A program made the position numbers and the translations under genes. 64,000 nt of DNA from Trueperaceae bacterium (GTDB lineage: Bacteria; Deinococcota; Deinococci; Deinococcales; Trueperaceae), in contig OZ243927.1 of NCBI GenBank assembly GCA_965213925.1, forward strand, positions 352,001 to 416,000, written 5' to 3'. Positions within the stretch are counted from its first letter, which is position 1. Every line of letters begins with the position of its first letter. Positions 9,840 to 19,721 of the stretch are shown piece by piece. Below the pieces are notes generated by a model. It had not been told where the DNA came from. It made no database searches and was given only the letters and a program-made list of their open reading frames with translations.

Positions 9840-10985
9840 ATGACCTCCGAACCCAACAAACCCAACCTGAGAGACGCCGCGCACGCGCAAGAGGGAGCCT
9901 ATTTAGAAACTTTAGAGACTCTGGCAGGCTTCGAATCTCCTACCGGACAAAAAGACGCCGTAGACGCGCTCATCGACCACTTGGAAAACAATTTGAGCAC
10001 GCGAGGTTGGAACGTGGAGCGCGTCGCGAAGGAGAAGGTGGGCGACCAGCTCGTCGCTCGCAAAGATTTTCCGGGGGAGACCTCATCGCTCCTCTTGACC
10101 CACGCTGACACCGTCTGGTCCGTCGGCACGTTGGAGAAGATGCCCGTCAAACGCGAGGGCGATCTCTTCTACGGTCCCGGCACGCTCGACATGAAAGCGG
10201 GCATCGCGGCGGGCGTCCACGCGGTGAGGCTCATAGAGGAATTGGATTTGGAGCCGCAGGGTCCGGTCACGCTGCTTATCACCTCGGACGAAGAGGTCGG
10301 GAGCAGGCACTCGAGAGAGATCATCGAAACCCTCGCCCGAGAGCACGACCGCGCCTTCGTTTTAGAGCCGGGACGCGACGACGGCGCGCTTAAAATCGGG
10401 CGCAAAGGCGTCGGCGCGTTCTACGTCACCTTCGAGGGTCAGAGCGCCCACGCGGGCAACAACCCGAAAGACGGCGCGTCGGCCCTGCGCGAGCTAGCGC
10501 ACTTTCTCCTCTTCGTAGAATCGCTGAACGACGACGACGCCCAGACGAGCGTCAACCTCACGGTAGCGCGGGGCGGCAGCGTCGGCAACGTCATCCCTGA
10601 AGAGGCATTTGCGGAGGTGGATTTGCGCTCGCTCGAGGACGGCGAAGGCAAGCGCGTCGAAAGGGCGGTGTACGGCTACGAACCTAAAGACAGTCGCGTA
10701 AAGGTTCATATCACTGGCGGACTCAACCGCCCGCCAATGGAGCCCACCGAGCAGAACATGGCGCTCTTTGAAGAGGCGCAAGAGAAGATGGCGCGTTTGG
10801 GGTTCAGTTTAGAGAGCGCCGTCGTCGGCGGCGGCTCCGACGGCAACCTCACCTCCGCGTTGGGCGTCCCCACCTTGGACGGCTTGGGCTCCTCGGGCAG
10901 AGGTCCGCACGCCCGCTTTGAACACATCCGCGTCTCGGAAACCTTAGACCGCTTGGCACTCCTGACGGCGCTTTTGACGAAGTAA
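9840..10985 (+). CDS. M20 family metallopeptidase (glutamate carboxypeptidase-like)
   Basis: HADTV, GPGTLDMKAG, DEEVGS, AHAG, GGGSDGN motifs. Confidence 0.93.
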   Translation: MTSEPNKPNLRDAAHAQEGAYLETLETLAGFESPTGQKDAVDALIDHLENNLSTRGWNVERVAKEKVGDQLVARKDFPGETSSLLLTHADTVWSVGTLEKMPVKREGDLFYGPGTLDMKAGIAAGVHAVRLIEELDLEPQGPVTLLITSDEEVGSRHSREIIETLAREHDRAFVLEPGRDDGALKIGRKGVGAFYVTFEGQSAHAGNNPKDGASALRELAHFLLFVESLNDDDAQTSVNLTVARGGSVGNVIPEEAFAEVDLRSLEDGEGKRVERAVYGYEPKDSRVKVHITGGLNRPPMEPTEQNMALFEEAQEKMARLGFSLESAVVGGGSDGNLTSALGVPTLDGLGSSGRGPHARFEHIRVSETLDRLALLTALLTK

Positions 10986-10987
10986 TT

Positions 10988-11674
10988 GTGTCGGAGACAC
11001 GCACCACCCTCTGCATGACGGATGACGGCAGCCGCACCCTCTACAGCGAGCGTTACGGCGAAAGCTTCCACTCGCATAAGGGCGCGCTCACCGAGTCGAA
11101 GCACGTCTTTTTGCAAGGAACGGGCGTGGTAGCGAGGTTGGAACGCCGCCACCCCACCAACCTCTTAGAAGTCGGCTTCGGCACGGGTCTCAACTTCTTC
11201 TTAACGGCAGATATCGCCTTGAAACACGGAACAGAACTCCGCTACGTGGCGCTGGAGAGAGACCTCTTGAGCGCGGAAGCGTTCGCGTCGCTCGGGTACG
11301 GAGCGCATTTGGAGCGTCCCGAGGTTCTCGAGCACTTCTTGGTATGGCGACGCTCCGAAACCGGTCAATTCAAGTTTGAGGGAGTGAGTCTCGAGCTTCT
11401 CCTAGGCGAAGCCACTCGGCAACCTTTCCCGGAGAACTATTTCCACGCCGTATATCAAGACGCCTTTAGCCCCGCCACCAATCCTGAACTTTGGTCAGAG
11501 GTATTTCTGGACCGTCTCCACAAAGCTTTAACTAGGGACGGCGTGCTGAGCACCTACTGCGTCAAAGGAGCCGTGCGGCGGCGGATGCAGGCGTTGGGGT
11601 TCGAGGTCGAGAAGCGGGCGGGACCGCCGGGAGGTAAGAGGGAGATGTTGGTGGCGAGGAGGGGTTTAGGGTGA
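10988..11674 (+). CDS. mnmD: tRNA mnm5s2U34 methyltransferase domain (MnmD / MnmC N-terminal-like)
   Basis: DGSRTL...E.FHS..GA..ES.HVF, LEVGFGTGLN, DAFSP..NPELW, GKREML. Confidence 0.88.
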   Translation: MSETRTTLCMTDDGSRTLYSERYGESFHSHKGALTESKHVFLQGTGVVARLERRHPTNLLEVGFGTGLNFFLTADIALKHGTELRYVALERDLLSAEAFASLGYGAHLERPEVLEHFLVWRRSETGQFKFEGVSLELLLGEATRQPFPENYFHAVYQDAFSPATNPELWSEVFLDRLHKALTRDGVLSTYCVKGAVRRRMQALGFEVEKRAGPPGGKREMLVARRGLG

Positions 11675-12940
11675 CTTCTTCTCGAGTTCATTCGCAGGAG
11701 TGAAATGCACTATTTCTTGCAATGATTTTGGCAAGGGATTGGCGGCATTAGGATTAGAGTTAATAAGAAAGGTAGGAATGTATTTTCCTGGTTCCACCTC
11801 TTCCTGGGGGCTATAGATGCAGATGCCACTAATAGAGGAGTAGATTGAGTTGGACCATATTCGCTTATTTATGAGTGCAAGTACGTAGTCTACTTCAATT
11901 ATCTCTGGCGCTACTTTAAGAACAATCAAATAGGGTCTGGAACCTGAATATTGCTTCAACTTCCTCTTTAACGTATTGTCCCCTAAAGACTTCAAAATCA
12001 AATCTTCTTGAGCCTCTTCAGTTAATTTGAGTGTAGCGACAACAGCCGAAAAATCCAGCTTATTTTCATAGCAACGATATCCAATAACTGTTTGAACCTT
12101 CGCTACAAGAGAATTGTCTTCGAAGTCGTCTCTTCCTAAAATGCGTACTCCTACATTTTGGTTAGAGTCACCTCTACTCACCAACTCATCTGGCAATGGT
12201 GCCCAATTTATAACGCCTTCATAATTCTCTTCACCACGTCTAAAACCAAACCTAATCCTTCCAACCGTCTTGGCGATAACTGCTCCGGCGACGTTGTTTA
12301 CAAGTCCTTTAATCTTACGTTGTGGAATCTCTCTAAAGTTGAAGCCAAGTGGAAATTGCAGATTTAGGAATATCTTTAACTCTGATTCACCTTTTAGCTC
12401 GAATATCTGTTCAGCAATACTTCCGTGTAGCTTGCTCATCTCCTTTCCCCACTTGTCCAATACTCCAAAGTAGTAAACTGTAGTCTCTACGTACGTATCG
12501 CCATCAGGCATGTTTACTTTTAAGTCTGGCGAGCGAGGAAGCTTTGCAGTACTGTGCTTTGCCGTAATCAAAGGCTCGAGTTCTACTGTATCTGCGATAT
12601 CAGCAAAATTCTCAGTCACTGTTAGCTCAACTAACATCTCATCATATTGCTTTTCACTCTTTGTGTAGAGAAGTTGTCGCATTTTGGCGACTAATTTAGG
12701 AGCTGACTCAGGTACTAAGTTAGCAGCAATTCTATGCAGCGTAAGGCTAAGGCGAAGTAAAGACAAAATGGAAGAAGAACTATCACTCTTCCACCTTCTT
12801 CCCATTATTCCAGCAGGCTTATCCAGCCATTCAGAAGAGGCTTCGTCAATCAGTGAGATGAGGTACTCTCTTAACTTCTCTCTATCAGATGTAGGAAGAG
12901 GAATTTCTAAACTGCTCAAGTCATAATCTAAGAAGCTCAT
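11666..12940 (-). CDS. AT-rich hypothetical protein with PD-(D/E)xK-like motif
   Basis: 424 aa ORF, markedly AT-rich; E...SPDLKV...YVETT motif. Confidence 0.7.
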   Translation of the reverse strand: MSFLDYDLSSLEIPLPTSDREKLREYLISLIDEASSEWLDKPAGIMGRRWKSDSSSSILSLLRLSLTLHRIAANLVPESAPKLVAKMRQLLYTKSEKQYDEMLVELTVTENFADIADTVELEPLITAKHSTAKLPRSPDLKVNMPDGDTYVETTVYYFGVLDKWGKEMSKLHGSIAEQIFELKGESELKIFLNLQFPLGFNFREIPQRKIKGLVNNVAGAVIAKTVGRIRFGFRRGEENYEGVINWAPLPDELVSRGDSNQNVGVRILGRDDFEDNSLVAKVQTVIGYRCYENKLDFSAVVATLKLTEEAQEDLILKSLGDNTLKRKLKQYSGSRPYLIVLKVAPEIIEVDYVLALINKRIWSNSIYSSISGICIYSPQEEVEPGKYIPTFLINSNPNAANPLPKSLQEIVHFTPANELEKKSP

Positions 12941-12991
12941 CTCACCAATGATACCTAGCTTTTAGTCGAAAGTTACGCTGCTACCTTCATC

Positions 12992-13453
12992 TCAAAAAGG
13001 CGACACCGTCGGCCACAATTCACGAATACCCCAAGGAATCGCCAGAAAGACGAGCAGCAAGCCCACCGTATACCCTATCGCCGCGTTGCGAAAGGCGAGA
13101 CGGTCGGTCGCGGCGCGTTTGGCGCGGGAGTACCCGAGCTGCGCCACCACGAGCGCTATAAGCATCATGGTGATGTGATAGACGCCGAAGAAGATGAGCA
13201 GCGCGCGACCTTCGCCCGCCGCGTCTAGCGCAAAGAGCGCCCGCAGTCCCCACGGGCTGATGAAGTAGAGGATGAGCCCGATCACCACCTGGAGCCCGAA
13301 AACTGCCGTGAAAAATACGCCCGACGCCTTGTCCACGCCGCTATACGCGCGTTTGCTGAAAAGCCCCGAATACGCGGTGCTGAGCGCCGCCACGCCGCCC
13401 AACAGAACGATCCAGCGCGTGACGCTGTGCAGCCATAAAAGAAAAGTGTACAT
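12992..13453 (-). CDS. Four-TM membrane protein (cytochrome b-like hypothetical family)
   Basis: LHSVTRW...LQ.VIGLILY..SP...H..MM...IPW pattern. Confidence 0.8.
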   Translation of the reverse strand: MYTFLLWLHSVTRWIVLLGGVAALSTAYSGLFSKRAYSGVDKASGVFFTAVFGLQVVIGLILYFISPWGLRALFALDAAGEGRALLIFFGVYHITMMLIALVVAQLGYSRAKRAATDRLAFRNAAIGYTVGLLLVFLAIPWGIRELWPTVSPF

Positions 13454-13475
13454 AAAACGAATCTCCTGAATTCTT

Positions 13476-13702
13476 TAGCAGTTCCACCTATCGTTGCTTG
13501 GGCGAAGCCATGCGAAGCAACGCTTCTCCGCAGATTTCACGGCTTTGCCGTAACGGAACTTCATCCCTGAACGTGCGTGCTAGGCGATGTTCTTTTTAGC
13601 GAGAGTGTAGCTGACCAGATGACCTGTTTGACGGTTACGAAGTTTTCGCAAACGCGAAAGGTCAAAACTACGTAAGCCCAGCGTCAGCGGGTATACCTGC
13701 TA
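13476..13702. mobile_element. MITE-like element (TAGCAG family)
   Basis: TAGCAGTTCC...GTATACCTGCTA termini, 3-bp flanking duplication CTT; internal block is near-exact reverse complement of part of 18157-18405. Confidence 0.75.
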
Positions 13703-13714
13703 CTTTATACTAGT

Positions 13715-14743
13715 TTGGTGCTCACTGACCGAACGGACAAACGTCCCCATTCACCCTCTCATTATCTCATTATCGGCGGGGGCGTTGCGGGTTGTGCGCT
13801 TACCTACGCGCTCAGCATACGCGGCGTCAGCGTCACGCTCGTGGAACGAGGCGAGGTCGGTAGAGCGGGGGCGTCGTCGGTTCCGGTGGCGCTCCTCAAT
13901 CCGTACCGGGGGCGCAGCGCGCGGGCAAACGACCTCGATCTGGCGGGTTTGGCGGCGACGACGCGGCTCGTGAACGAACTCGAGGAACGAGGATTAGATC
14001 ACGGCGTCCACCAGCGCGGCGTGCTGCGCGTCGCGTCGAACCAGAAGCAAGCGAAGACGTGGCGCAAGCGTGGCGGCGTGAAGTGGTTGGAACCTGGCGA
14101 GATTCCAGGCGTTTATCACGCGCCGTTCGGCGGATTTTTGGTCGAGCGCGGCGGCTGGTTGGAGCCTCTCAAATTTCTTCGCGCTTTAGTAGCGGCGGCG
14201 AGGCGTAACGGCGCGAGGGTGCTCGAGCACTGCGACGTCCGAGAGGTCTGTCAACGCGGTTCCTTGCAAGAGGTGAAAACCTCGAGTGGAACGTTCAGCG
14301 CCGCAACCGTCATCTACTGCATCGGCGCGAATTCAGAGGTCGAACATAAGCTAGGGATGGGGGGACTAGAGCACGTCGCCGGTGAGGTCATCCGCCTACA
14401 GACAGACGCCGAGTTACCTTACGCTTTGGCGGGCGCGGTCTACGGCGCACGACTTGGAGAAGCTATCTACCTCGGCGGCAATCACCGCCCGGCAGGGCAA
14501 ACCGACGACACCGCGCCGCGGCAACTTCAGCGAGCCGGAGGTTGGTTCGTTCCGGCGCTGAAAGAGGCGGAACTTGACTCGACTTGGACGGGCGTCCGCG
14601 CCAAAGCAGCGGACAATGTGCCCGTTATTCAAGAGGTGCGCCCCGGCGTGTGGTTCTTCGGCGGGCTCGCGGGGCGCGGCTTTTTGTGCGCCGCGCACCT
14701 CGCGGAAGGTTTGGCTCAGCAACTGACCCGCCGGACCGTTTAG
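13715..14743 (+). CDS. FAD-dependent oxidoreductase (DAO family, MnmC C-terminal-like)
   Basis: IIGGGVAG Rossmann motif, GAS, WTGVRA...D..P, GLAGRG. Confidence 0.85.
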   Translation: MVLTDRTDKRPHSPSHYLIIGGGVAGCALTYALSIRGVSVTLVERGEVGRAGASSVPVALLNPYRGRSARANDLDLAGLAATTRLVNELEERGLDHGVHQRGVLRVASNQKQAKTWRKRGGVKWLEPGEIPGVYHAPFGGFLVERGGWLEPLKFLRALVAAARRNGARVLEHCDVREVCQRGSLQEVKTSSGTFSAATVIYCIGANSEVEHKLGMGGLEHVAGEVIRLQTDAELPYALAGAVYGARLGEAIYLGGNHRPAGQTDDTAPRQLQRAGGWFVPALKEAELDSTWTGVRAKAADNVPVIQEVRPGVWFFGGLAGRGFLCAAHLAEGLAQQLTRRTV

Positions 14744-15349
14744 TCGGTGCTGATGGGCTCTTTTGCAGGCTCGACTTGGCGGATGGCGGTGCTGGCTGTA
14801 GTACTCGTCGTTGGGCTTCCAACCGAGTGAATTGGCTAAGCGGTTCGTAAAGTTGAACATCGCCGCCACCTGCGCCGCCTCGAAGATGGTCTCGTCGGAC
14901 AACCCGATATCGCGCAGCGGCGCGAGGTCGCCAGGTGACATTTCGAAGGAGTTGTTGGTGAGTTCGACCGCGAAGTCCAAAAGCGCACGTTCGCGTGTTG
15001 ACAACTCGGCGCGGCGATAGTTATGCGTAATCACGTCGGCCTTAATGTGGTCATCTACCAACTCGCGTAAGTAGGCGCTGTGTGAGCCCAAGCAGTATTC
15101 GCAGCGGTTCTCTACCGAGACGGCTAGGGCAATCATCTCGCGCTCAGCCCTCGAGAGTTCGCTCTCTTCGTTGCGCATCAAGAAGTCGTAGTACTTAAAC
15201 CACTTCATGAAGTGCGTGGGCGTGAGCGAAAAGACTTTGAAGACGTTCGGGACGAGCCCCATCTTCTCCTCCGCTTTGCTGAAGAGCGTCTGCACGTCGT
15301 CGGGCAGAGATTCTCGTTCGGGTACGTTGAGCCAGCTTAGTTTGTCCAT
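14740..15349 (-). CDS. AhpD-like peroxidase-related enzyme (CMD family); +1 indel near 3' end
   Basis: EREMIALAVSVENRCEYCLGSH and FNFTNRLAN; removing one C near 14787 gives end ...QHRIRQVEPAKEPISTD* at 14740 instead of the long overlap. Confidence 0.85.
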
Positions 15350-15563
15350 AAGGTTATCTTACGCGGCGCAGCCCAGCTAAGGCTGAATTGTACCGGCGCT
15401 CGCGCCGGGAAACGTACCGCTGCGGCTTCACGCCTATCGTTTCGTAGCTGTCCTTACCGAACTCGCCAGAATTCCTGTAGGCGGACACGTCCTAAATGGT
15501 CTCTGCGCCAGCCAAGCTCCAGGCTTCTTGCCAGCCCTCCAAAGTGGAACGTCCGAGCGACCT

Positions 15564-16859
15564 CTAGGGATGAAGGGGACGCTTCCGCGTACTCGTCGCT
15601 ACGCTGGACGCGCTCACCGCGCTCGAGCGGCTCACCGAAAAGGCCTCGTCGCCACGTTCAACGTGGGCGCTCAGTTTCCAGAAGGGGTCAGCGCCCAAGG
15701 TCCAGGTCTCACTCCAACCGGGTAAGGCACTAAAGTCGGGGAGGGGATAGCTCAGCTCGGCTTCGCTCGCCGCGTCTAGGAGCCAGGGTGCACTCAGCGC
15801 GACCACGTAGCGCGTCTCGCTCGTTTCGCTCGAGTCCTCGAGCGTCAGCGTGTAGCTCGCGTCCGCCGCGTAGGTCCGCCAGATCATCTTGAGACGCGCC
15901 TCTTCGGAACGCAGCTCGGCGGCTCCTAAAGGCTCGGGCAAGCTGAGCGTCACATTCTCGGGCGCTGCGAAGGTGCGCCTCAGTGAGCGTGACAAGAGCG
16001 CGCCTCCAGCCTCTTCGGAGAAGCTGCCGACCGATAGGTGATAGACCGCGCGGTCAGTCGGCGCGGTGAGGCCAGCGTAGTCGAACGAAAAGGCCGTCTG
16101 CGCCGCCTCGGTGACAAACGCGCCCAGCTCGGCGCTCGCGCCGCGTTCTGTGACCAAGGAGACGCTCGAGCTGACCTCGCTCCCGGACGCGACATTGTCA
16201 ATGGTGACGTTCCGGATAGAGGTTGACACGGCTTGACCGAGGTCTAAATCTAAAACTTTGTCGTTTTGAACCGCAATATCTCTGCGGACGAGCATCTCTT
16301 TAGGCGGTGAGAATTCGTCAGGCGTCGCGGAGGCGCGCTGCACGGTAACTAAGAGGTCGTACACGCCCGCCGTAAAGCCCGCTAGGGCGTAAGTATTCTC
16401 TGCGGAGGTAACTTTATCCGCCAGAAACTCACCGTAGACGCGCGCCGTTTCACCTTCGGCGAGCCCGCTCAGCGACCCGGAAAGCGTGTAGAAGTCGGCG
16501 TCCGCTTCGTCAGAGGGACAGGGGGTGGCGACCGAAGCGCCCTCGGCGAGTGTCGCGTAGCTCAAAACGACGTTGACCTCACCCGCTTCGTCGGCGCAGA
16601 CGTGCGCGACGCCGTAGCGCGTCTCGGCGTCTTTAAGCTCGAGCGTGTAGCGCTCCTCGTCAGCGCTCTCGGGGCTGCCTCTAAGGACCTGCCACGCCCC
16701 TTCGCCGTCCCTATAGGCGACCCACACCGCCCCGCTCGCCTCGACGCTCAGCTTCGCCGCGCCCGTCCCCGGTTGCTCCGGCTGATGAGGCTCCTCGGAC
16801 GCGCCGCAGCTCGTCAGCCAAACCGTCAGAAAAATCAGCATACCCGTTCTTTGCCGCAT
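15564..16859 (-). CDS. Hypothetical lipoprotein (beta-rich)
   Basis: Lipobox LTSC at N-terminus; 431 aa. Confidence 0.8.
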   Translation of the reverse strand: MRQRTGMLIFLTVWLTSCGASEEPHQPEQPGTGAAKLSVEASGAVWVAYRDGEGAWQVLRGSPESADEERYTLELKDAETRYGVAHVCADEAGEVNVVLSYATLAEGASVATPCPSDEADADFYTLSGSLSGLAEGETARVYGEFLADKVTSAENTYALAGFTAGVYDLLVTVQRASATPDEFSPPKEMLVRRDIAVQNDKVLDLDLGQAVSTSIRNVTIDNVASGSEVSSSVSLVTERGASAELGAFVTEAAQTAFSFDYAGLTAPTDRAVYHLSVGSFSEEAGGALLSRSLRRTFAAPENVTLSLPEPLGAAELRSEEARLKMIWRTYAADASYTLTLEDSSETSETRYVVALSAPWLLDAASEAELSYPLPDFSALPGWSETWTLGADPFWKLSAHVERGDEAFSVSRSSAVSASSVATSTRKRPLHP

Positions 16860-17032
16860 GATAACCTCCGCATCTTCGAAGGGTAGGACACGGCTGTGTG
16901 GAGGTTTATACGAAACTGCATAAAAGGACGATCATGAGGTTCATCTTTTTCTCATCTTTCGATGTGATCGTCCGGTTTGTCTGCTCGGTGATTGAACTCA
17001 GGTGCGAAGCTTTGGCAGAAAAGGCGCGCACT

Positions 17033-17233
17033 TTAAGATTCCCCTTCGGCAAACCCCGTACAGCGTAAAACAGGAACGTTCGGATATTTGGGCAACTCGG
17101 GGTTGGTACACAGCAAGAAGAGGCTCGCCCTGCTACTCTTGACGAGCTTCGCATAATCACACGCGCCGCAGAGCCCGCCCTGCGCCGCTCTGACGAGGTC
17201 GCGCCGGGGGCGGCTCGAGTCTTTGCCGTTCAC
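17033..17233 (-). CDS. Small Cys-rich hypothetical protein
   Basis: GLCGAC...S.F.LC...PKYP..PVL.C.GF; four Cys; follows nqo15 directly. Confidence 0.7.
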   Translation of the reverse strand: MNGKDSSRPRRDLVRAAQGGLCGACDYAKLVKSSRASLFLLCTNPELPKYPNVPVLRCTGFAEGES

Positions 17234-17243
17234 TCCCTTCAGT

Positions 17244-17672
17244 TCACTTTGCGCCAGTTTCTACCTCGAAAAGCGAATCCGCCAGGTCGAAAAGCCGCTC
17301 CTTGGTAAACGGGCGCTTGCCCTCGGTGAGCGCGCCCTTGCTCGGTGCAAACGTGAGCTTGCGGTAGGTGTGCGACTCGAACGGATGTACGATGACCTCT
17401 TTGAACACCGTGTGGCGCGGGCTCGCGTTCACCATCAGCACAGGATGTCCGTCGGGGCGCGACAAGCTCGCGCTCATGATCGTCGTGGGCAAGTCGTAAG
17501 CACGCTCCATGCGGTAGATGTAGTCGGGAAAGTCCGCCTCTTTTTCGAAGATGGCTTCGTCGCGGCTGTCGGCGTATTCTCGCATCCACGTCAGAACCTC
17601 TTGCCACGCCTCGTAAAACGCCCGGTCGCGCTCGGTTTTCTTGTCGGTCTTCGCGTCGGTCTTCTGGGTCAT
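17244..17672 (-). CDS. nqo15: NADH-quinone oxidoreductase subunit 15 (frataxin-like)
   Basis: YEAW.E.L.WMREYA...FEKEADFPD.IYRMER.YDLPTTIM.ASLS...SPRH...GK.P.TKER matches recalled Thermus Nqo15. Confidence 0.92.
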   Translation of the reverse strand: MTQKTDAKTDKKTERDRAFYEAWQEVLTWMREYADSRDEAIFEKEADFPDYIYRMERAYDLPTTIMSASLSRPDGHPVLMVNASPRHTVFKEVIVHPFESHTYRKLTFAPSKGALTEGKRPFTKERLFDLADSLFEVETGAK

Positions 17673-17796
17673 AAGGTTAGTGTACCCCTAGTTGGACCCG
17701 TCGCGATATTCTCGGCACCGAAAGCGCAGATTGTAAGGAAGTCTTTATTGCCTACCGCTGCCGTACGTCTACACTAACCCCTGAAAGGGGCAAATC

Positions 17797-17946
17797 ATGA
17801 AAAAGGTATTCCCACTTTTACTTGTTTTAGTGCTCGGCTTAGCAGCCTGTGAGGGCGGCGAAGGTGAGGAGGAAAGCGAAGACGAAGGCAACGCGCCTCA
17901 GACGCAGAGTTACGCGGCTGCGCCTGCGCCCTTCGACTTTCTCTAA
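17797..17946 (+). CDS. Micro-lipoprotein, 49 aa (not in ORF track)
   Basis: MKKVFPLLLVLVLGLAACEGGEGEEESEDEGNAPQTQSYAAAPAPFDFL*; lipobox LAAC; AAAGGGG RBS. Confidence 0.7.
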   Translation: MKKVFPLLLVLVLGLAACEGGEGEEESEDEGNAPQTQSYAAAPAPFDFL

Positions 17947-18007
17947 ACTTAGCGAGCGCAGCTTAGCGGCTGCGCTTCTCTTCGGCGTACGTTGTAGAAT
18001 AATCCCT

Positions 18008-18151
18008 ATGAAACGAACCAGACGCATTCTCTCGCTTCTCTTACTCCTCTCTACGCTCGCGCTCGTCGCCTGCGACGACCCTTATGACCGCATCCAGGGC
18101 GAGCCCGGCGAAGACGGCACGCAAGACGTAAGTAGCGAGTCCGATCACTAA
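18008..18151 (+). CDS. Micro-lipoprotein, 47 aa
   Basis: MKRTRRILSLLLLLSTLALVACDDPYDRIQGEPGEDGTQDVSSESDH*; lipobox LVAC; TAGAAT -10-like box just upstream (possibly leaderless). Confidence 0.7.
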   Translation: MKRTRRILSLLLLLSTLALVACDDPYDRIQGEPGEDGTQDVSSESDH

Positions 18152-18156
18152 ACCTT

Positions 18157-18405
18157 TAGCAGGTTACTTCGTAAGCTTCGCGCAATCAAAGTCTGTCTCA
18201 CTGCGTTCGGTTCACGTTAGTACTCGCATTTGGCGGAGCCAAAACTCACGTAAAACGGTGGTGGTCAGCTAAACGCTCACTAAAGGAACTATCGTTTCCT
18301 AACGGAAAACTTCGTAATTAGCACGTACTTTAAGTGACGAAGTTCCGTTACGGCAAAGCTGTGAAATCTGCGGAGAAGTAGTGCAATGATAAATGGAACT
18401 GCCTA
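18157..18405. mobile_element. MITE-like element (TAGCAG family), opposite orientation to 13476 copy
   Basis: TAGCAGGTT...GGAACTGCCTA termini; AGTTCCGTTACGGCAAAGCTGTGAAATCTGCGGAGAAG shared (inverted) with 13476 copy; no clean target duplication. Confidence 0.7.
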
Positions 18406-18424
18406 TTAGACTCGTCCGCCCCGG

Positions 18425-19093
18425 CTACACGCTGGGGCTTTCTAGTTGCGCCCCCAATGATTCCCTAAGCTCGAAGAGGTCAGCAACCCGTGGGACGTTC
18501 GCCTCCTCTGCACCGATGTAAACCGCCTTTATGCCAACCTCGAGCGCACCTCTAATGTCAGCTCCTAAATTGTCCCCGACCATCAGCGTCTCTTCGGGTA
18601 AAACCTCTAACCGCTCACACGCGAGCCGAAGAATGCGCGCGTCGGGTTTGCGTACCGCGACCTCTTGCGCACCTGAAATGAGGATGGTTCGGAAATAGTC
18701 GGCAATCTCGACCTCTTGGATGGCGGCGCGCTGCATGTCTTCGGGACCGTTGGTAATGAGGGCGCAGGAGACACGCCCTTTGAAAAACTCCAGCATCTCT
18801 CTTGCCCCCGGCAACAATTCCATCTGCTCCTTATAAGCTTGAACGAATTCCGTGTTGACCTCTTCTAAATTGCAATCAGCGTGCAAGCCTAAGCGCCCTA
18901 GTGTCTCAATAAGCGCACTCAAAGAGGTCACTGCGCCATCTTTACGAAGCTGCTGGGTATACTCGGTGAGAACAGCGTCACGTTTTTGAGGGTCTAAACC
19001 TAATTTGGCAAATCCCTCATTCAAAAGATCGTCAAAATCCCCGGTGAAGTGCGCTAAGGTTCCGTCGAAGTCGAAGCAAATAGCACGAATCAC
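18425..19093 (-). CDS. HAD family hydrolase
   Basis: FDFDGTL, ITNG, KPD, MVGDN...DI motifs. Confidence 0.9.
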   Translation of the reverse strand: MIRAICFDFDGTLAHFTGDFDDLLNEGFAKLGLDPQKRDAVLTEYTQQLRKDGAVTSLSALIETLGRLGLHADCNLEEVNTEFVQAYKEQMELLPGAREMLEFFKGRVSCALITNGPEDMQRAAIQEVEIADYFRTILISGAQEVAVRKPDARILRLACERLEVLPEETLMVGDNLGADIRGALEVGIKAVYIGAEEANVPRVADLFELRESLGAQLESPSV

Positions 19094-19104
19094 AAAGAGG
19101 TCAT

Positions 19105-19644
19105 TTAGAGCATGAGGAGGGTGGAGACGGGGGGCTCGAGCCCCGGCAACATCTTGACTTGAATCACATCATCTGCCTTGTAAACCTTGTGCTCGCCCTC
19201 ATCCCACACGTGAATCATCTCCGCGTCTAGGTCGATAATCCAGTAAAGAGGTACGCCGTACTTCTGGTAGAGCTTGCGTTTGACCGTGAAGTCACGTTGG
19301 CGAGTGGAGGGTGAGGTCACTTCAATGAGCCAGTCCGGTGCGCCTTCAATACCCCGTTTGCTGACGAGAGAAGATTTTTCTTTAGAGAGGTAGATGAGGT
19401 CAGGCTCAGCAATATCGTCGTCTTTTTCGGAGAAAACAACATCTACAGGCGCGACAAACACCTCGCCTAGAGGATTCTCCCGCAAGAAGTCATTGATGAG
19501 CACGAGTAGGTTAGCGACGATACGTTGATGTCGAATGTTAGGGGCTGGTGTCACGTAGACCTCTCCATCAATCAACTCCCGCCGCTTGTTGTCATCGGGA
19601 AAATGTTGCAAATCTTCGTAGGTAAAGCGCACCGCTTGGGTCAT
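19105..19644 (-). CDS. Uma2 family endonuclease
   Basis: ELIDG...PAP...HQ, EPDL, PDWLIEVTSPST, K..LY...GV..YWI.D. Confidence 0.92.
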   Translation of the reverse strand: MTQAVRFTYEDLQHFPDDNKRRELIDGEVYVTPAPNIRHQRIVANLLVLINDFLRENPLGEVFVAPVDVVFSEKDDDIAEPDLIYLSKEKSSLVSKRGIEGAPDWLIEVTSPSTRQRDFTVKRKLYQKYGVPLYWIIDLDAEMIHVWDEGEHKVYKADDVIQVKMLPGLEPPVSTLLML

Positions 19645-19721
19645 GGGTTATTTTACAGCATTTGTTTTGAGCGCGAATCGTCACCGCGCTTGTATCTAAC
19701 CTCTTGCTAAACTTTGGGTGA

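Noticed and set aside
14414..14739. Long C-terminal extension of the AhpD-like ORF overlapping the FAD oxidoreductase
   Set aside because: Explained by one extra base; natural stop at 14740
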